From Klebsormidium nitens (taxonomy: Eukaryota; Plantae; Klebsormidiophyceae): 64,000 bases of DNA. Under the pieces are notes generated by a model that saw nothing but the letters and a program-made list of their open reading frames with translations, did no database searches and was not told the DNA's origin. The stretch is from positions 248,001 to 312,000 of the forward strand of contig DF236970.1 in assembly GCA_000708835.1 (NCBI GenBank), written 5' to 3'. Below, one piece after another: positions 25,401 to 38,636 of this stretch. Position 1 is the stretch's first letter. Every line of letters starts with the position of its first letter. The position numbers were made by a program, and so were the translations under genes.

Positions 25401-28400
25401 AAATTCCAGCAGACTTTGCAATTTTCCCCGCCACCATTCAAGAGCGTGCACATCCGCAATTCCGCCTTTGTAGCTTCGACTGTGCGCGCAGCGACGGCTA
25501 ACCTGGGCTTTATGTGTCGGATCCACCACGTTGCCAAGAACTCCGCGCGCAGATGAGGCTGCAGCATAAAGAACGCGTCAACAATCGACCAGCATATGGT
25601 CCACCAGTGGGGACGGTAACAAGACATCGGTAATTCAGGAGATAGAATCCAGAGGGCTGCCACGATGACTTTGTCCATACTCGTTCACTTCTTCGTGAAC
25701 ACTGCTTGACAAGTTCAAGACGACCGACATCTCAAAAATGGGTGCAGTCGACACGGCGTGAACAGATAATGCGTACAGAATGCAACCCCGGAGACGTACC
25801 GGTAGCTCGTTGAACATCTCCTCTTCGTTGTACCGGTAAATCTTGCTCTCCCAGATGGTAGCAAGCTGCTGCGTCTGTGTAGAAGCAGTAATTACAGAAA
25901 AAGTGTCACAACGATTTATAAGACCTCCGAGAAATGAAACGCAGTGGCTTGACGACAACCGTCCGAATCAGACAAAAGCTGATTCTATACATGATAGAAC
26001 CTTTAGGCTAAAAGCCTTAAAGCAGCTCTTAGAAAGAACCTGATGAGACAAATGGTTGGCGGGGCTGGTGCAAACCTTCTGAAAGATGGATTCAAAGAGC
26101 TTACCATCCGTACTGCGAGCATCTCTGGCAGCTTCTCGCGTTCTACCACCCTGTGAACAGGAGGACAGACTTGTGTCATGAACAAAGGCGTGGCAAAAGC
26201 ACACTGGCAAAACATTCGGTCAACTATTCGACGACAAAAGCATGGTGCAGGAATGCTTTTCCAAAGAGAGGCTGCTGAGGGAAAGTAACCAGTGTTTATA
26301 TGTATCGGCGCACTCCTATTTCCCGTCGGCCATTGAGTGACGCAATTTCTGTGCATACTGTATCATCACTCGGAGGTTCGAAGGTTTGCTGCAACAAAGG
26401 CGAGTTACTCGCCGCTCACCTGTGTAAGACGTCGAAGCGCTCCCTCAGCTGCATCCGTCTCTCAGACCGCGTGAAGACGAGCGACGTGATCTTACCGACC
26501 ACGTAACCCAGGCAGATCGCAGAGATGGCGCCGTTGAAAATGGCCCAAATGCGCTCTGGGGCTGCGCCTGAGGGGTGGAGGTCGCCGTACCCGACCTTAC
26601 GACCGGAAACCAGTATGGAGTGCGTCAGACAATGAAAGCTTTGCCAGGCCAGGCACAAACAACGGGAATCGTTCACGAAGACGCTAGCAAAGAAGCGACT
26701 GGCAAGCATCACAGAACGACCTGCGAAGGTGTAATGGGAGAGAAAAGTTGCAGACCCAAAGGTACAATTGAATACCTCTGGTTCTTCGCGAACACAGCTA
26801 ACCGGGAAAGAGTGCTATGACGACGCCAAATAGCGGCAGCAGTATCGACTTAAGAACAGGCTGTACAGTACCAGCGGTCATGCAAAGGGGATTTTTTGAT
26901 CCGCAAATGGCTGTAAACCCCTGAACAGTGCGTATTGCCACCAGGCAGCCCTACATTGAGCAGTTGACAAAAAACGTCACTCAAAACCACTGAAAAGCAG
27001 GGCACTCACAGAGGCAAACGAAACGACGAGGAAGTAGAGCACGGCGAGGTAGGTGATTTCCGGAGGCGCCACTTGGAGCGGCCTGTCGACTCCGTTGTCG
27101 TCCCAGGTAGCAAGCTCGGCGAAGTTGTTGGGAGTGTGCTCATGCTGGACTATGTACCAGAAGACGCACCCGGACAGGTGGCAGTAAAAGAAGATCTGCA
27201 ATAAACCGCGAGGACACCATAAGAGAAGTGAGACCATCCGGATCCGCTGCATCAGTTGCTGTTGCAAGAGGGGTTCAATCTGAGGAGTGGTACTACATTC
27301 CAGGTAGAACGAGAATCAAGTGGCAGTCTCGATTTATGCAGAATTTCTTGGATCGACGGCGGGGAAGAGTACAGTCAACGTTCAACAAGTATACACGTCT
27401 CACGTTCGCGGATTGCTTATGATCGAAGGCGTCACAGCCATCAATGGAGCGGGTTGGAGCTTATTGAACGAGAGGAAAAGACTTTTTGTTGAATGATTAC
27501 TCCTGATCGCCAATGACTGAAACTGCTGCCGACTGCAAAATGAGCTCGACAGGGCCTCGAAAAGTGCGAAAAGGATCTTCAAGCCTGGGCTGTTCAGTGT
27601 GACTTGCTTACGAAGATTATGGTGGTGAACAGGGAAATAATCTCGTCTTGGCTCTGGCTGAAGAACCTTCTGAGCTGGCTCCGTGCTCGCCAGAAGCGCG
27701 GCAATCGTAGCAACTTCAGCAGCATGAAGAACTGCAAGTGTCAACATGTAGCGTCAGTCTGGAATCCGTGCCTGTGTCTAGTTCCAAAAATGCACATGCA
27801 CAAGACACTGACGCGTTATGCGAGGCTCAACGAGAGGGCCCTATCATCATTTCAAAAGAGCGAAGACTCCGGTTGACCCGGAAGCCCGGCAGATCAAGAA
27901 TTGAAAGTGGACGTTTACAGTACTGCTGTTTTGAAGATCCAAATTAGACTGAATGACGTCAGACAGGGAAGCTGCCAGCGAGAGTTCCCAAATCATCAGG
28001 CAAACCATCCCTAGGCAGATGAGAATCGGCAAAGTCCCGGAGTCTGCAAGACGAAGCACGACATCCACAGCCAAAGTGAAAAAGGTTTTCATAAACGGCA
28101 GCAAACGAATCGCTTTACTCCAACATAGTGGCAGAGGATCCGATGGTAAGTCCTCCGTTCACGGCCCTCTGGCAAGCTGACGCACTTACTTGCAAGCTCC
28201 AAGGACGGTTAGGTTTGATGTATGCGAAGACGATGTCGAAAGGAAAGCTGGAGGCGAAGTCTACAAAGAACCTGCAAAATAGCTCCACATGAACGGCTGG
28301 TTCGAGCAACGCCACATGCTGTCAGTTGGCACTCCTTCTTGTGCAACGAACTTTAGCTTCTGAAGCATCTCATATGAGCTGTCAGTAAAGATGAACAAAG

Positions 28401-31341
28401 CACGACTTCGCACACTCCTCGCAACACATTCGGACGCTTACCAGTGCGTAAAGTAGTGCCACGCAACCCTTCGCCCGTCCATAACGGTGTTGGGAATGGC
28501 ACCCCCGAGTTCAATCATGCGTTTCTGAGCGCTGGCAGGCAACTTGGTGCCAGAGAAATACCCGACCTGAATGATGGACAAAGATAATCCACACGTTAAT
28601 TCACTGATAGAGCAGCTTTTGAGTGCCAGCAGCAGTCCAAACATTTTGAGTGGTCGAAGAGTTGCTAGGCTCAGGGACACCCTTCGAAAACGCAGGAGAT
28701 TCTTCGAAGCAGGCGCGTTACAGACGGCACAGCTGGTCAGGCAAACCGACACATGCGGAGGGGAGTCTGAGACCGCTCGACACTGGCAGAAAGACACCCA
28801 AGGATTTCATGCGAAACTAGCCGCATCCATCATAACAAAGCGGATCAAGCTGAGGCATCCACGTGTTATTTCTATTTGATGCACATTATGTGCTGAGGTA
28901 AGACAGTCTAGCACTCACCCGAAATTGGATCACGCAATCGACATAGTACATCGCATCCACCGCTGTCTCAAAGTATAGCCATGCCTTTTGTGGTGTCTGA
29001 TCAAACCCGATCTGGTAGGTTACCGAGAACTGCGTGCACAAAGAAAGTTGTTCTGGCAACGTTAGATTTCTGCAGAGAATACCGCACTTAGCAAGATAGT
29101 GGGTGATCGAGTCTGTGCTTGACGCTCCTCTTGCTTGCAGGCTTTGCACAACAAGCACAATTACTAAAGTAGTAGGAAATCGTTTGCAGTTCTCAGGTTT
29201 TTTACAAAACTCACCAGAGAGTACAGCACGAGCAGGCCGAAGATCAGGTTCTCGATAGCCATGAAATGAGACAGGGGGTGCATGACTGGGAAGACCCTGT
29301 CCAGTAGCTTCCCAGCCCTCTGCAAGAATCGGTCAGAGGAGGCTGGTGGTGTAGCCCCGTGAGCGCCTGCAAAGCCTTGGACCTCGAAGACGCTCTTAGT
29401 GCTAGGAGCAGATTCATCTTGCTTTGACTCGAAGTAACGCCGGTAAGGTCGCACATCCTTTGGCCCTGTGAGAAGGGATCAGACAGATCAATGGTAGTTC
29501 GAATTCCCTACCATTCTGAAAATATACCAAAATGATATTTATATTCATCGCATCTTCCAATTATTTCTGCGTCAGATCACGTGCGGAACAACTTCTCAAG
29601 GTAGTTGATGCGGGAAGCAGCATCTGCTCTTGACAACAAGACAGCTGAAAAAGGACTGCAGATGCTCAAGTAAACCGCTGCTGACTGTCCCATAGAGCCT
29701 TACCTTCTGGATCCCACTCAGTTGGAGAAGAGAGAATACTGCTGGCGTGCCTGTCCCGACTATGCACTGTTAAGTTAGCCTCACTATCTGATGCAAAAGA
29801 CTTGAGAGTCTCCTTCTGACTTTCTGTATTTCCACGATCCTTGGTCCGGGTGCCTTCTTGGTCATCTGCTCTGTTGCCGCGATTCGTATCAGTTTCTGTT
29901 TTGTATTGCCCTCGTTTCCTACTTCTGCTCCCTTTTCTTCTCCTCTGCCTCCCATCTGGCATCAACTGTCCCTTGCTCAAAGTCGGGCCCAATGCCGACT
30001 CCACATTTCTAGACTCTTTCGCTGGTGGACCTTCTTGACCCTCGGCGGAAGACTGTCTGATTTCTTGATCAGTCTGTTCCTCTTCATTTCGTTGGAGGCT
30101 GGCCCTGTGTCTTTGATGAAGACCAGCAGGATTCTGGGTGCACTGATCCTCTTGGGTGGCCATCGCACCTCCACTTGTTTCATCAGGTTCAGTCACAAGT
30201 TCCCTTGGAGATGCTGCATCCATTTGGCAAGAGAATCAACGATGCCTACTTCCTTGATGAAACTATTGAACAAGCAAACTGTCCCTGGTCCGTCACGGGA
30301 TATTTGACTGTTGCTATGGCATGGGAGGGAGCCAAGGAATCAACTGCAGAGAAGTAGATGAAGTATGAGGCTGATTCAAAACTGCCTGCCAGCAGTGTAG
30401 CCGAAATTGCATTCAACGAGGTGTCAGGAACAGCCTTGACAAGATCCTGTCCCAGGAAAGCTTTGTGAGTCTTCCACACAGCTCACCTTCCTGCTTACAG
30501 CACATAATGTATCAATTGAGAGCCTGTTCAAATCTTGACTCTTCAAAAAAGAGCTAAAACATGTCGAATCCATGATGAATTTTGTCTACCCAAATCTATG
30601 GAGCAGATGTCCTTTCACATTCATGGAAGCTGACTGGCGCACCTAACTTTTTAATATTGAATGTTCTGTCTTTAGCAACCTTTCCGAACAAGCTGATGAA
30701 ACCGGTTTGTCAACATTGGGGGCACCATCAGCAGGCTTTTCTAGCTTCGTTGTCAGCACGGAGCAAAAACATGCAATTGAACGGATGCAGCTTCAACCTG
30801 CTTAGCCGTGCAATGAAGGTTCAATGAGGCGAACACGGAATGCCATTCAAACCGAAGCCATTGATGAGGGGTCAGGAACGATACACATTGTCAGCTTACC
30901 AGGCCCCGAACGATGACGCCTGAGGGCAGCTCGCTTCAGGCCATTCAGGCCCACGCTCCCGCAGTTGAGTGGAGAGCAGCTTGTGCAGCAGACTTCAGAA
31001 GCTGCCCTTCTTCCTGCTTGACGTGAACAGTGAACACGCTGAAGGGGGACTCAGATTCGGAAGCAGGGCGGCGCCATTTCTGCATCCTGAGCAGTGGCCC
31101 CGGGACGCGGACGTTGCTGACTGGCATGGCGAGTCGCGACTGGACAAGTGGCGACCTTGGGAGGCAACGACATCACGCCACGTGTTAATATCTGATGGAT
31201 CACTCGGACATGGACGCCGACTGCGGACGAAGTCGACGCGCGCTGGCTCTTCTCAGCTTCCCGGACGGTCCGCACTCGAGGCGGCCTCAGGGCCGGGCGG
31301 CCCGGGGCGTGTGCGGTCGCGCGGCCGCGGAGTTGAGCCAT
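22482..31341 (-). CDS. Voltage-gated K+ channel with GYG filter and cyclic-nucleotide-binding (homology) domain, no ankyrins; multi-exon, 5' exons approximate
   Basis: Exon peptides FPVMHPLSHF (pre-S1), YFETAVDAMYYVDCVIQFR (S2), RFFVDFASSFPFDIV (S3), LLKLLRLPRFWR (S4), YCHLSGCVFW (S5), YFLVVSFAS|VGYGDLHP (pore), GYVVGKITSL (S6), EEEMFNELP (C-linker), PPGDYVVREG...LYVVWKG, GTIIGERAL, NMDVTARSIDET (CNBD). A low-complexity N-terminal exon lies at 29705-30210. Confidence 0.85.
23393..23570 (-). repeat. ~75-bp direct duplication spanning a 3' splice site of the CNBD channel gene (acceptors 103 nt apart)
   Basis: gctgctgac.ct.aagtcgtcgcc.c.gtgcttagtcctgcgcagat.tga.tag...aaagcttaa present at ~23393-23467 and ~23496-23570. 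Confidence 0.85.
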
Positions 31342-31749
31342 GTGCGCGGCCCGAAACCTGGTTCCTTGCTATTCTGACCGTATCATTCATATTTCATGCA
31401 AGATCAAGCAACCACCAAGCAACATTTAGTCCTCGACCAACTTGAGGAAAAAGCGCGAGAGCCTAAAGACTTTGAGTACGCTCTTTCCAAATGAGCATGA
31501 GTGAGCCGCCTTTGCATGTCTTAGCTGGTCCATCTTGTAAACGAGCAATCAAATTTGCATTTCAATTGGTTCAAAAGTCCCGCCAGTTTCACCCCAAACT
31601 AGACCGATAAGCTCGCATCAGGTCGCTATAGTTGCAATCAAGCCGCCGGGCTCTCATCGAACATGCCGATTGGTGTTAGCGCCAAGCTATTGCATGCTGA
31701 TGATGTACGAGTCAACCAGCACTCTACCTGGCCGGGCCCGCCAACCGTC

Positions 31750-34700
31750 TCACACTGAAGGATAAGCGCTTACAATTTGTGCTCCGTGAATCCTGTAACC
31801 GAAATTGGGTACACGTACAAGCTTCCGAGAAGGTAGTGGCAAGTAGGAGAAACCGGGAGATCCACGAAGTCTACCAGAACACGATCCTTGAATACGTCTT
31901 TGACGCCCGCATAAGCTCTCAAACCAGTCTCCTGCTTTAGCGGCTAGAACTTCAATGGTCTGAAAGCTTCCGCCGTGATCCATATTATCGCACATTTCTA
32001 AACCGTCTCCACATTCATACTTAAACAGCTCTTCCTGTAACACTCGAATTGAGCGCATCGGATTTGGAATATCCTTTTTTGAACCTGCTTCTAGAATTTG
32101 CTCGTTGTGAATCAGACGTACGGCCGTCATGAGTTGCTTTCTAGCACGGTTGAGAGGCTGGGCTAAGGTCTTCTTATCGACAATCACGTGCCGTCCGGTC
32201 TTGTCCGCATCTAGCATAGCCGAAGAAAGGGCTCGGCGAGTCCGCAGATCTAGAGCGTGAAGGATGCTGTCCGCAGTAGCAGCAACCGCGGCAGCACGCT
32301 GCAAAGAAGCAAGGAGGTAGGTCAACAAATCAATCTCTCAGGTGGAAGAGAAAAGATCGACGTAGACTCTTGGATCTCTTTCGTTCACTGGAATATGGAT
32401 CTAGTGACGTCTAGGGTGGACGAAGCCTTCGTATTCGCCAGCGGCATCAAAAGTCTTTAGCAATTTGGAGAAACGAACAAGGATTCGCAAGTACGCTGAG
32501 GACCTCTCCGCCCCCTCATGAACGCTTCAATCGAGTCAACTTCAATTCAACACCTCTTCGTCACCTAATGGACGATTCAACCAAGTCAGACCCAGCTCAA
32601 AGTCACTATGATATTCTAAGCACATGCGTTAAAAGAGAGCTAAAAGATACCAGGAAAGATCAGTATCGGTTTTCGCAACCAGGCGATACGTTTCAGTCAG
32701 GATGGACTTCAAAGTTTGTTAAAGAGTTTCGACGGACGCAAGGCAGGACAGCATAGCTTCGACTCAACAGGGAAGTCTGAATACGAAAACATTTGGTAAG
32801 ATATGGATGCGGCGCTGGGCTGGAAAGACGCGCGTTGATGGAAACCCCAACCCTCAAGTAAGTGCATCGTAACCGTATAAACCTTTCCTTCTCCCTTCCC
32901 TTGACCCACCAAGAGAAAAGTCCCGACATGACGAGTTGGCGGCATTTGTCACAACGTCCCTGAGCCCTGTCTTTGTGTATGTGAGGCGGTCAAAGACAAC
33001 AGCTTACAATCTTCAACGGAACTCTCCCACAAAGCCAAGGGGACAGGACAAGATTCGGTTCTTCCAAAGACCGACTGTTTTCCGTCCTAGGGAGTTTTCG
33101 CTTTTAAAGTCGGATAGAAACGTCTTTTTTTCGAAAGTGCGCAACGCCTCACCTTCGCCTCCTCTTCCGCTCGATCCGGCGGCTCTTCCGGTGCCTGGCC
33201 CCACGCGTCCCAGACTCTGTGCCACACTTCGGCCGCTCTCTCAGTCCTGCCACGCTCGACACTCGTGTCTATGATCACAACGGGGGCCTCCCACGTCCTG
33301 CCTTTCTGACCCCGTTCTGGAAGCGCAGATTCTCCATCACGCGCAATTCCCGCCATGCCACGCCGTGCTTCTGCTCCTTTCGAGGAGTCAGAACTGTAAT
33401 CGGCAGCTCTGTTTGTAAGGGGTCTACTCGGCCCTTGCTCTTTGCCGCCCCCAAAAAGTTCCGCTTCCCTGGATGCCCCAGGTTTCCATGTTTTGGAAGC
33501 TTCATGCGACGAAACGTCCAGAGCTGGGTTTGAAGTAGCTCGTTTCAGCTCTAATCCGTCTTTCGTCTCTGCCGGTTCCAACGATTGTGGCCCTCCTTTG
33601 AGAACATCAGGGCCCCCTTCAGTATGAACCTCTGCCCCCTCCGATTGACATACTCTGGAAGACGTTCCGGTACAACCCCCCACAAGAAATGCGCTCTGAC
33701 CAGGGGGCTCGAACGTCGCAGCCATCCGCAAAATGGACTCTTTTGGGACCTGTTTCCCAGGAGGCCGCAATGCGTTGCGAGAGAGGGACGTTTCCAGCAC
33801 GGTGGTGGCATAGAGGAAAACGATGGCCGCACGAAGCGTGCGCGCGAGCACATAGAGCTCCCGTCGCATGCTGCGGAGGTGGAAGTTGTCGTCCGCAATG
33901 ACCAGCGTCCGTTGAGCGAGGGGGCCTGCGCAAGAAGCTGATGTCAGCAAAGAACGAAAGAAGTTCTGTAACGAGTAATATAAAAGAATCGTTAGCGGAG
34001 CATCGACATGCTGTAATAACAAGCGTTTCTATCGTCTAATTTGCAGCCATGAGGAACAGTTGTTGCTTAGTCCAATCAGAAGAAAGAGCCTCTCTAAGAC
34101 TACTGACGACACACATATTGCTGTACGAAACTTCGAAGTGTTCACCTTCTTTTTCGTTCGCCTCTCTAAGCAGTTCCTCAACCTTCTGGATAGCCAGCCG
34201 CCTCGCACGTTTCCACAGCTCTGGACTGAAGCCTGCCCACTCTAGTTCTGGACTTCCCGTTGGTTCTGCCCACTCTCGCTTCAAAGTCTCCCCCGTATCC
34301 CCCCGCTCTAGTTCCGGAGTCTCCCTCCAATCCCCCTGAAGAGGCTTGACTGGAAATACCCTCGAATCGCCCCGTTCTATTTTGAAGGAAGCCCCCTGCA
34401 ATGTCAACTGCTCTACCTCCGGACTTTCCCGCAGTTCTCCCCTCTTTGGTTCCAGAGTCCCCATCACCACCTGCCCTGGTCCTGGAGCCCCGCTCAATTC
34501 TGCCCGCTCTAGTTCTGAGTTTCCCATCAGTTCCTTATTGATGTAGTGGTCAAAACAAACATGAAAGGCCTTGATAGGAGCACCTGCAACAAGGGGATAA
34601 GATGTTGTCCGTAAGGGCTGAACAGAAGAATCACACATGCCAGCCACCGCATGGCATACTCTGCTTTGCACTCGATCAGCAGGGACGGAATGGCAGTAAA

Positions 34701-34960
34701 ATTGCAAAGCAGGACTTGGGGCTTCATAACAGGCCTGGCTCATTGTGTCCTATACATGAATGACCAAGGAGGCAGCAAGGCAGGCACCCTTGCTTGTGAA
34801 CAGCCGACCAAACAGGGTGGTCAAAAGTCCTGTACTTGAAAGAGAGCTCAAACTTACCACTTTGTACAAGGTGATCGAGCACCGCCTGCGCCAGAGACGT
34901 CTTTCCCACGGCCGGCAGCCCACACAGGACGAGCAGACAGGCAGGGCTCCGACCGTCCAT
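31750..34960 (-). CDS. PSTK: O-phosphoseryl-tRNA(Sec) kinase (L-seryl-tRNA(Sec) kinase), ~620 aa with low-complexity insertions
   Basis: Exons 34960-34858, 34583-34146, 33925-33153, 32298-31750 join in frame (1863 nt). P-loop LVLCGLPAVGKT; VIADDNFHLRSMRRELYVLAR; LETSLSRNALRP...ILRMAATFEPP; SILHALDLRTRRALS. The DDNF..SMR motif favours PSTK over KTI12. Confidence 0.82.
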
Positions 34961-35554
34961 CCCGTCAATTTCGTTTTGCCTGCTACGACAAGTGGCTACA
35001 TGACATAATTGCGTATGGGCCTTTCCTGCCGCTGCCGCTTAGCATTCCCCTGTGATGGAAGACTCTCGGCCTTTGGGCTCCAGCAACTACGCCGCCCTCA
35101 GCCGAATCTCTCCTCACGCTACATTGCACATAAACTTAAAGCTCCCTCATGGTTTGCTGGCACGACTTCAGATAACCTGCTTTGACTCAGGGCTGGGACT
35201 GAAGGGTTAGGACCCAGGGTCAGGACCCAGGCCCAGGGTCCGTGCAGTACTGCGACCGTAGTTTCGGTATAGGTAGGAGATATTCATCTAACCCACGAGT
35301 GTATAACCTGCCTAGAGCATTTTGTGTAACCCGCCTCATAGTCAGATGCAAAGCCAAGAAATTTGGAGAGGCGGCAAGATCAGCTGGCCACAGCTGTGTG
35401 GAGAGATGAGACTCAGAGGGAAGAGAGGGAAGAGAGTGAAGCAAGAGAGCTTTCATTGAGAGTTTCGAGGGCCTTGGGTTTGCTTGCATGAGGACATCTC
35501 AGCGCGCCAGGAAAGGGGCACTCAGTAAAGGGGCACTCCTCGTCCACGGAAAGG

Positions 35555-38500
35555 ATGTCGAAACGGCTTTGGTCAGCGGCACTCCTGCTCATCATCTGCT
35601 GTCCTTTTGAGCTGGATGCAAGAGATGGCGGAGGCCTCGTGCTTCCAAACCTCAACACTTTTCAGCTTGTGGATGCACCCGTGGCAGGAGAATGTGACCC
35701 CCGGTTTGTGGAGAGGAAAGTGGTCGACGACGGGCGGGCCGTGTGTTTGAAACGGTGCGTTGACAGCGTTGGTTTGATTGAAGTTCGGCCTAGTCACCAT
35801 CTGCATCAGTTTGTCTGGAAGGGGCCAGCATTTGCTTTGTGTTGCTTTAACGTGTTGTGGCCAACATGAAAGGAGCGGGCAAGTTACTGGTGATTGCTCT
35901 TTGAAAACCCCTTGCCAGCGTGTATGTTGTCAAAGTGTGGATTCAGCATTATGCGTCTGTCTCAAGCTTCTCAGAAACCTGAATCAAACGCCTATCTTCT
36001 TTTATGCTTGATGGGTTTTTTGCCCCCTTCTTAGGAGCGTGGATCTCTTCACTTTTCCCCCCCTACCAAGAGCAGATTGAGTCAGCTTCCCTTGCTTGAA
36101 CACAATCTGCAGCATACCTCCTGCATACACTGGACGACTCCAGCCTCAGAACATTTCCTTCAAAATAGCCTTTTGATACATCACAGTCTTACTCAAACAG
36201 GGGAAGGGGATGGACTGAGGGCTGACAATGAGTGCCTGCGGGTTTTAAGCACGTCTTCGTACAATCGCATTGCAACAGGACTCTAAAGAACAGCTTTAAT
36301 CCATGCTGTTTTAACATCAACCTCTCCTGTTCTGTAGATGCCTCTGCTCGGGAGGGGAATGTGCCATAGAGGCCGGCTGTGAGGATTTCTTGTGCCTGCC
36401 CCCTTTCCGGAGGGCGCCCGACATGAGCAAGCGGTGCCTAGCGGACACGTCGTCGGGGGAGAACTGCACCGCGGGGGTGTTACGGAGGGTCCCTCTCGGG
36501 AGTGGCTTGGGCCAATGTTTACAGGAGTGGGTGCTTCTTCTCCTTCTCTATACTGTGCCTCGCTTTCGTGCGTGACTGCTTCTTCTAATCAGGGAGGAAA
36601 AAGTCGCAAAGGAATGTTTCCATGGTACTAGCGGAGTTGCTCCGTGGGAGAGTCGCTTTGACAAGAGTGGCGCGAGTTTACATGATTGGAGCTGTGACTC
36701 TAGTTTGGGGCCGACGGTGAAATAGCTTTGCTGGAAGCTCAGCAACTTATCACCAACCCCAGACGCCGTTTTTTGCAGTTTTCTGCCCCCTTGACCCTGC
36801 TAACTCATGTAAGCCAGCCAAAGTTGCTCTTGTGGATCTTAATCCCTGATCGTCGTTATAAACGCTGATTTGAATGTTTGTAAGGCTACATCCAGATCTC
36901 GCAAAACCGTGATTACCGAGAACTTGTACCTGTACTGGTAAAACGGTCGGGTGGGAAATGGAACCATCCTTCCTCCCCGTTATTTTTTCCCCAATTCCTT
37001 ACATACGTTCTTTCCAGCACCTCTCGCACACTCAAGAGCAGCCCTTGTTCCACCCCAGGTGCGTCTGCCCACCGGGCTTGCCCTGCTCGTTTGCGCAACC
37101 GTGCGTCGGGTCTCTGTGCGACAGCGGAGCTGTTCCGCAGCATGACGGGGTCACTTGGGAATGTGCTCGTGCTGTCGGAAGCTTCGGGTCCACAGGATGT
37201 GAGGTGAGTGTTCTAACCTTACGGGGCCCTTTCTCAAATTGGTCTCTTTGTGAGGGTGAGTGTCCTGTGCTAACCAGCACCTTGCTGATTCTACATTCCT
37301 CAACAAACGGTCCCGAGCTCATTTGGGGTTTCGAAGGGAGTCAGATCCGACTGCTCTGAGAAGAAGAGTCCACAAAAAGAAGAGGAGAAGATTGATTCAT
37401 TGATAGTCGTTCAGATTAGCAGTCCAATGTCACGTCTTGCTGGCAACTGAAAGCTTCGCTCTGTGGGCGTCTGAGAAGTGAATATTGTGGGCTTTAGTGG
37501 TTAGACTTTTACAGTTGAGGCCCTTCATTTGCATGAACAGAGCCGCGTACAAAGCGGTTGTGCAAGAGTACATCCACACGTTGTTTCAGATGATGCTTGT
37601 GCAAGGAGCCAACGCGCATGGGTCCTTAACTTGAAAGGTCCTCACCTTCTTGATCCGCTAACTTGCAGCGGTGCGATCAGGAACGATGATACATGTGCAT
37701 CTATTGAACCAGACGAGTGCTCGTTTTTACTACGAGGGTGTCAGCAGAGCCTTTAGTTTAACATACTCTTTGAATCACCTGTTCGTGTTTGTTTCGTCTA
37801 CTCCTGTATCATAGAAACGTATGCTCTTGCTTACGTCATCAAGTCGGGTCTTTCGATTCGCCGACCTTGAGCGCACTCACCAACCATCTCTTCGTCTTCG
37901 CAGGAGGGAAGTTTTGGTGGCAGCGAGCAAAATCGGGTCGCCGTGGCAAACGGGGTTTGCCATTCGAGATGCAAATGCACAACGGAGGTGAATGTGCTCT
38001 CCTCTGCTTTTACGTGTTTTCCATAGGCGTTAGATTGGCTGTTAAGTTTGAGGCCACGTATGGTGCCAACCCGTACCCATTTGTCGCACAAGCCACACTT
38101 GTGTTGGTTTTAGGAAGACGAAGCTTGGTCGAAAAGATAAAGGACGAAAGCCGAAGCACGTTCTTCTACTCCGCCCTCGGCTCCAGCTCTGGGCTAGCTT
38201 CCATCCGTCTTCACTCAGCTTGCTCGTTCTGTCCGTTCGTCCTCCTTCGGCTGCTCTCTTCCGGTGCCGTTCGTCTGAGATTCCTCTTTTTGGGTTATGC
38301 AGTCCGTTGCTCCGCTCGTTCCATTGCTCTCATTCCGTCCGTTTGTGAATCCGCCTTTTCAATGTGCAGGGGTGTTCGTATGATAACCAGGACTGCGCTC
38401 TCCTCATATGCAATCAGGGTTACTACAGCTCAGGCTTGGAGTGTCGACCTATAGACTCCACTCGCGGAGTCTTATCTTTCACAGGCGTGTTCCTCGTTCT

Positions 38501-38636
38501 TGGTCTGAGCTGTTGCATCGGGATAGTAATCGGGGGAGCTTTGCATTTAATGGAGTGGCCGTTTCGGAGAAGGCCCCTCTACCGGGTTGTCCCTGAGAGG
38601 GAGTGCGCTCTCTCTGCGTTTGTGGACGATACTTAG
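35555..38636 (+). CDS. Uncharacterised type-I membrane protein: signal peptide, tandem Cys-rich modules, one TM helix, short tail (266 aa)
   Basis: Exons 35555-35754, 36338-36526, 37059-37203, 38370-38636 join in frame (801 nt). Signal-like MSKRLWSAALLLIICCPFELDA; TM GVLSFTGVFLVLGLSCCIGIVIGGAL followed by basic PFRRRP. Confidence 0.75.
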
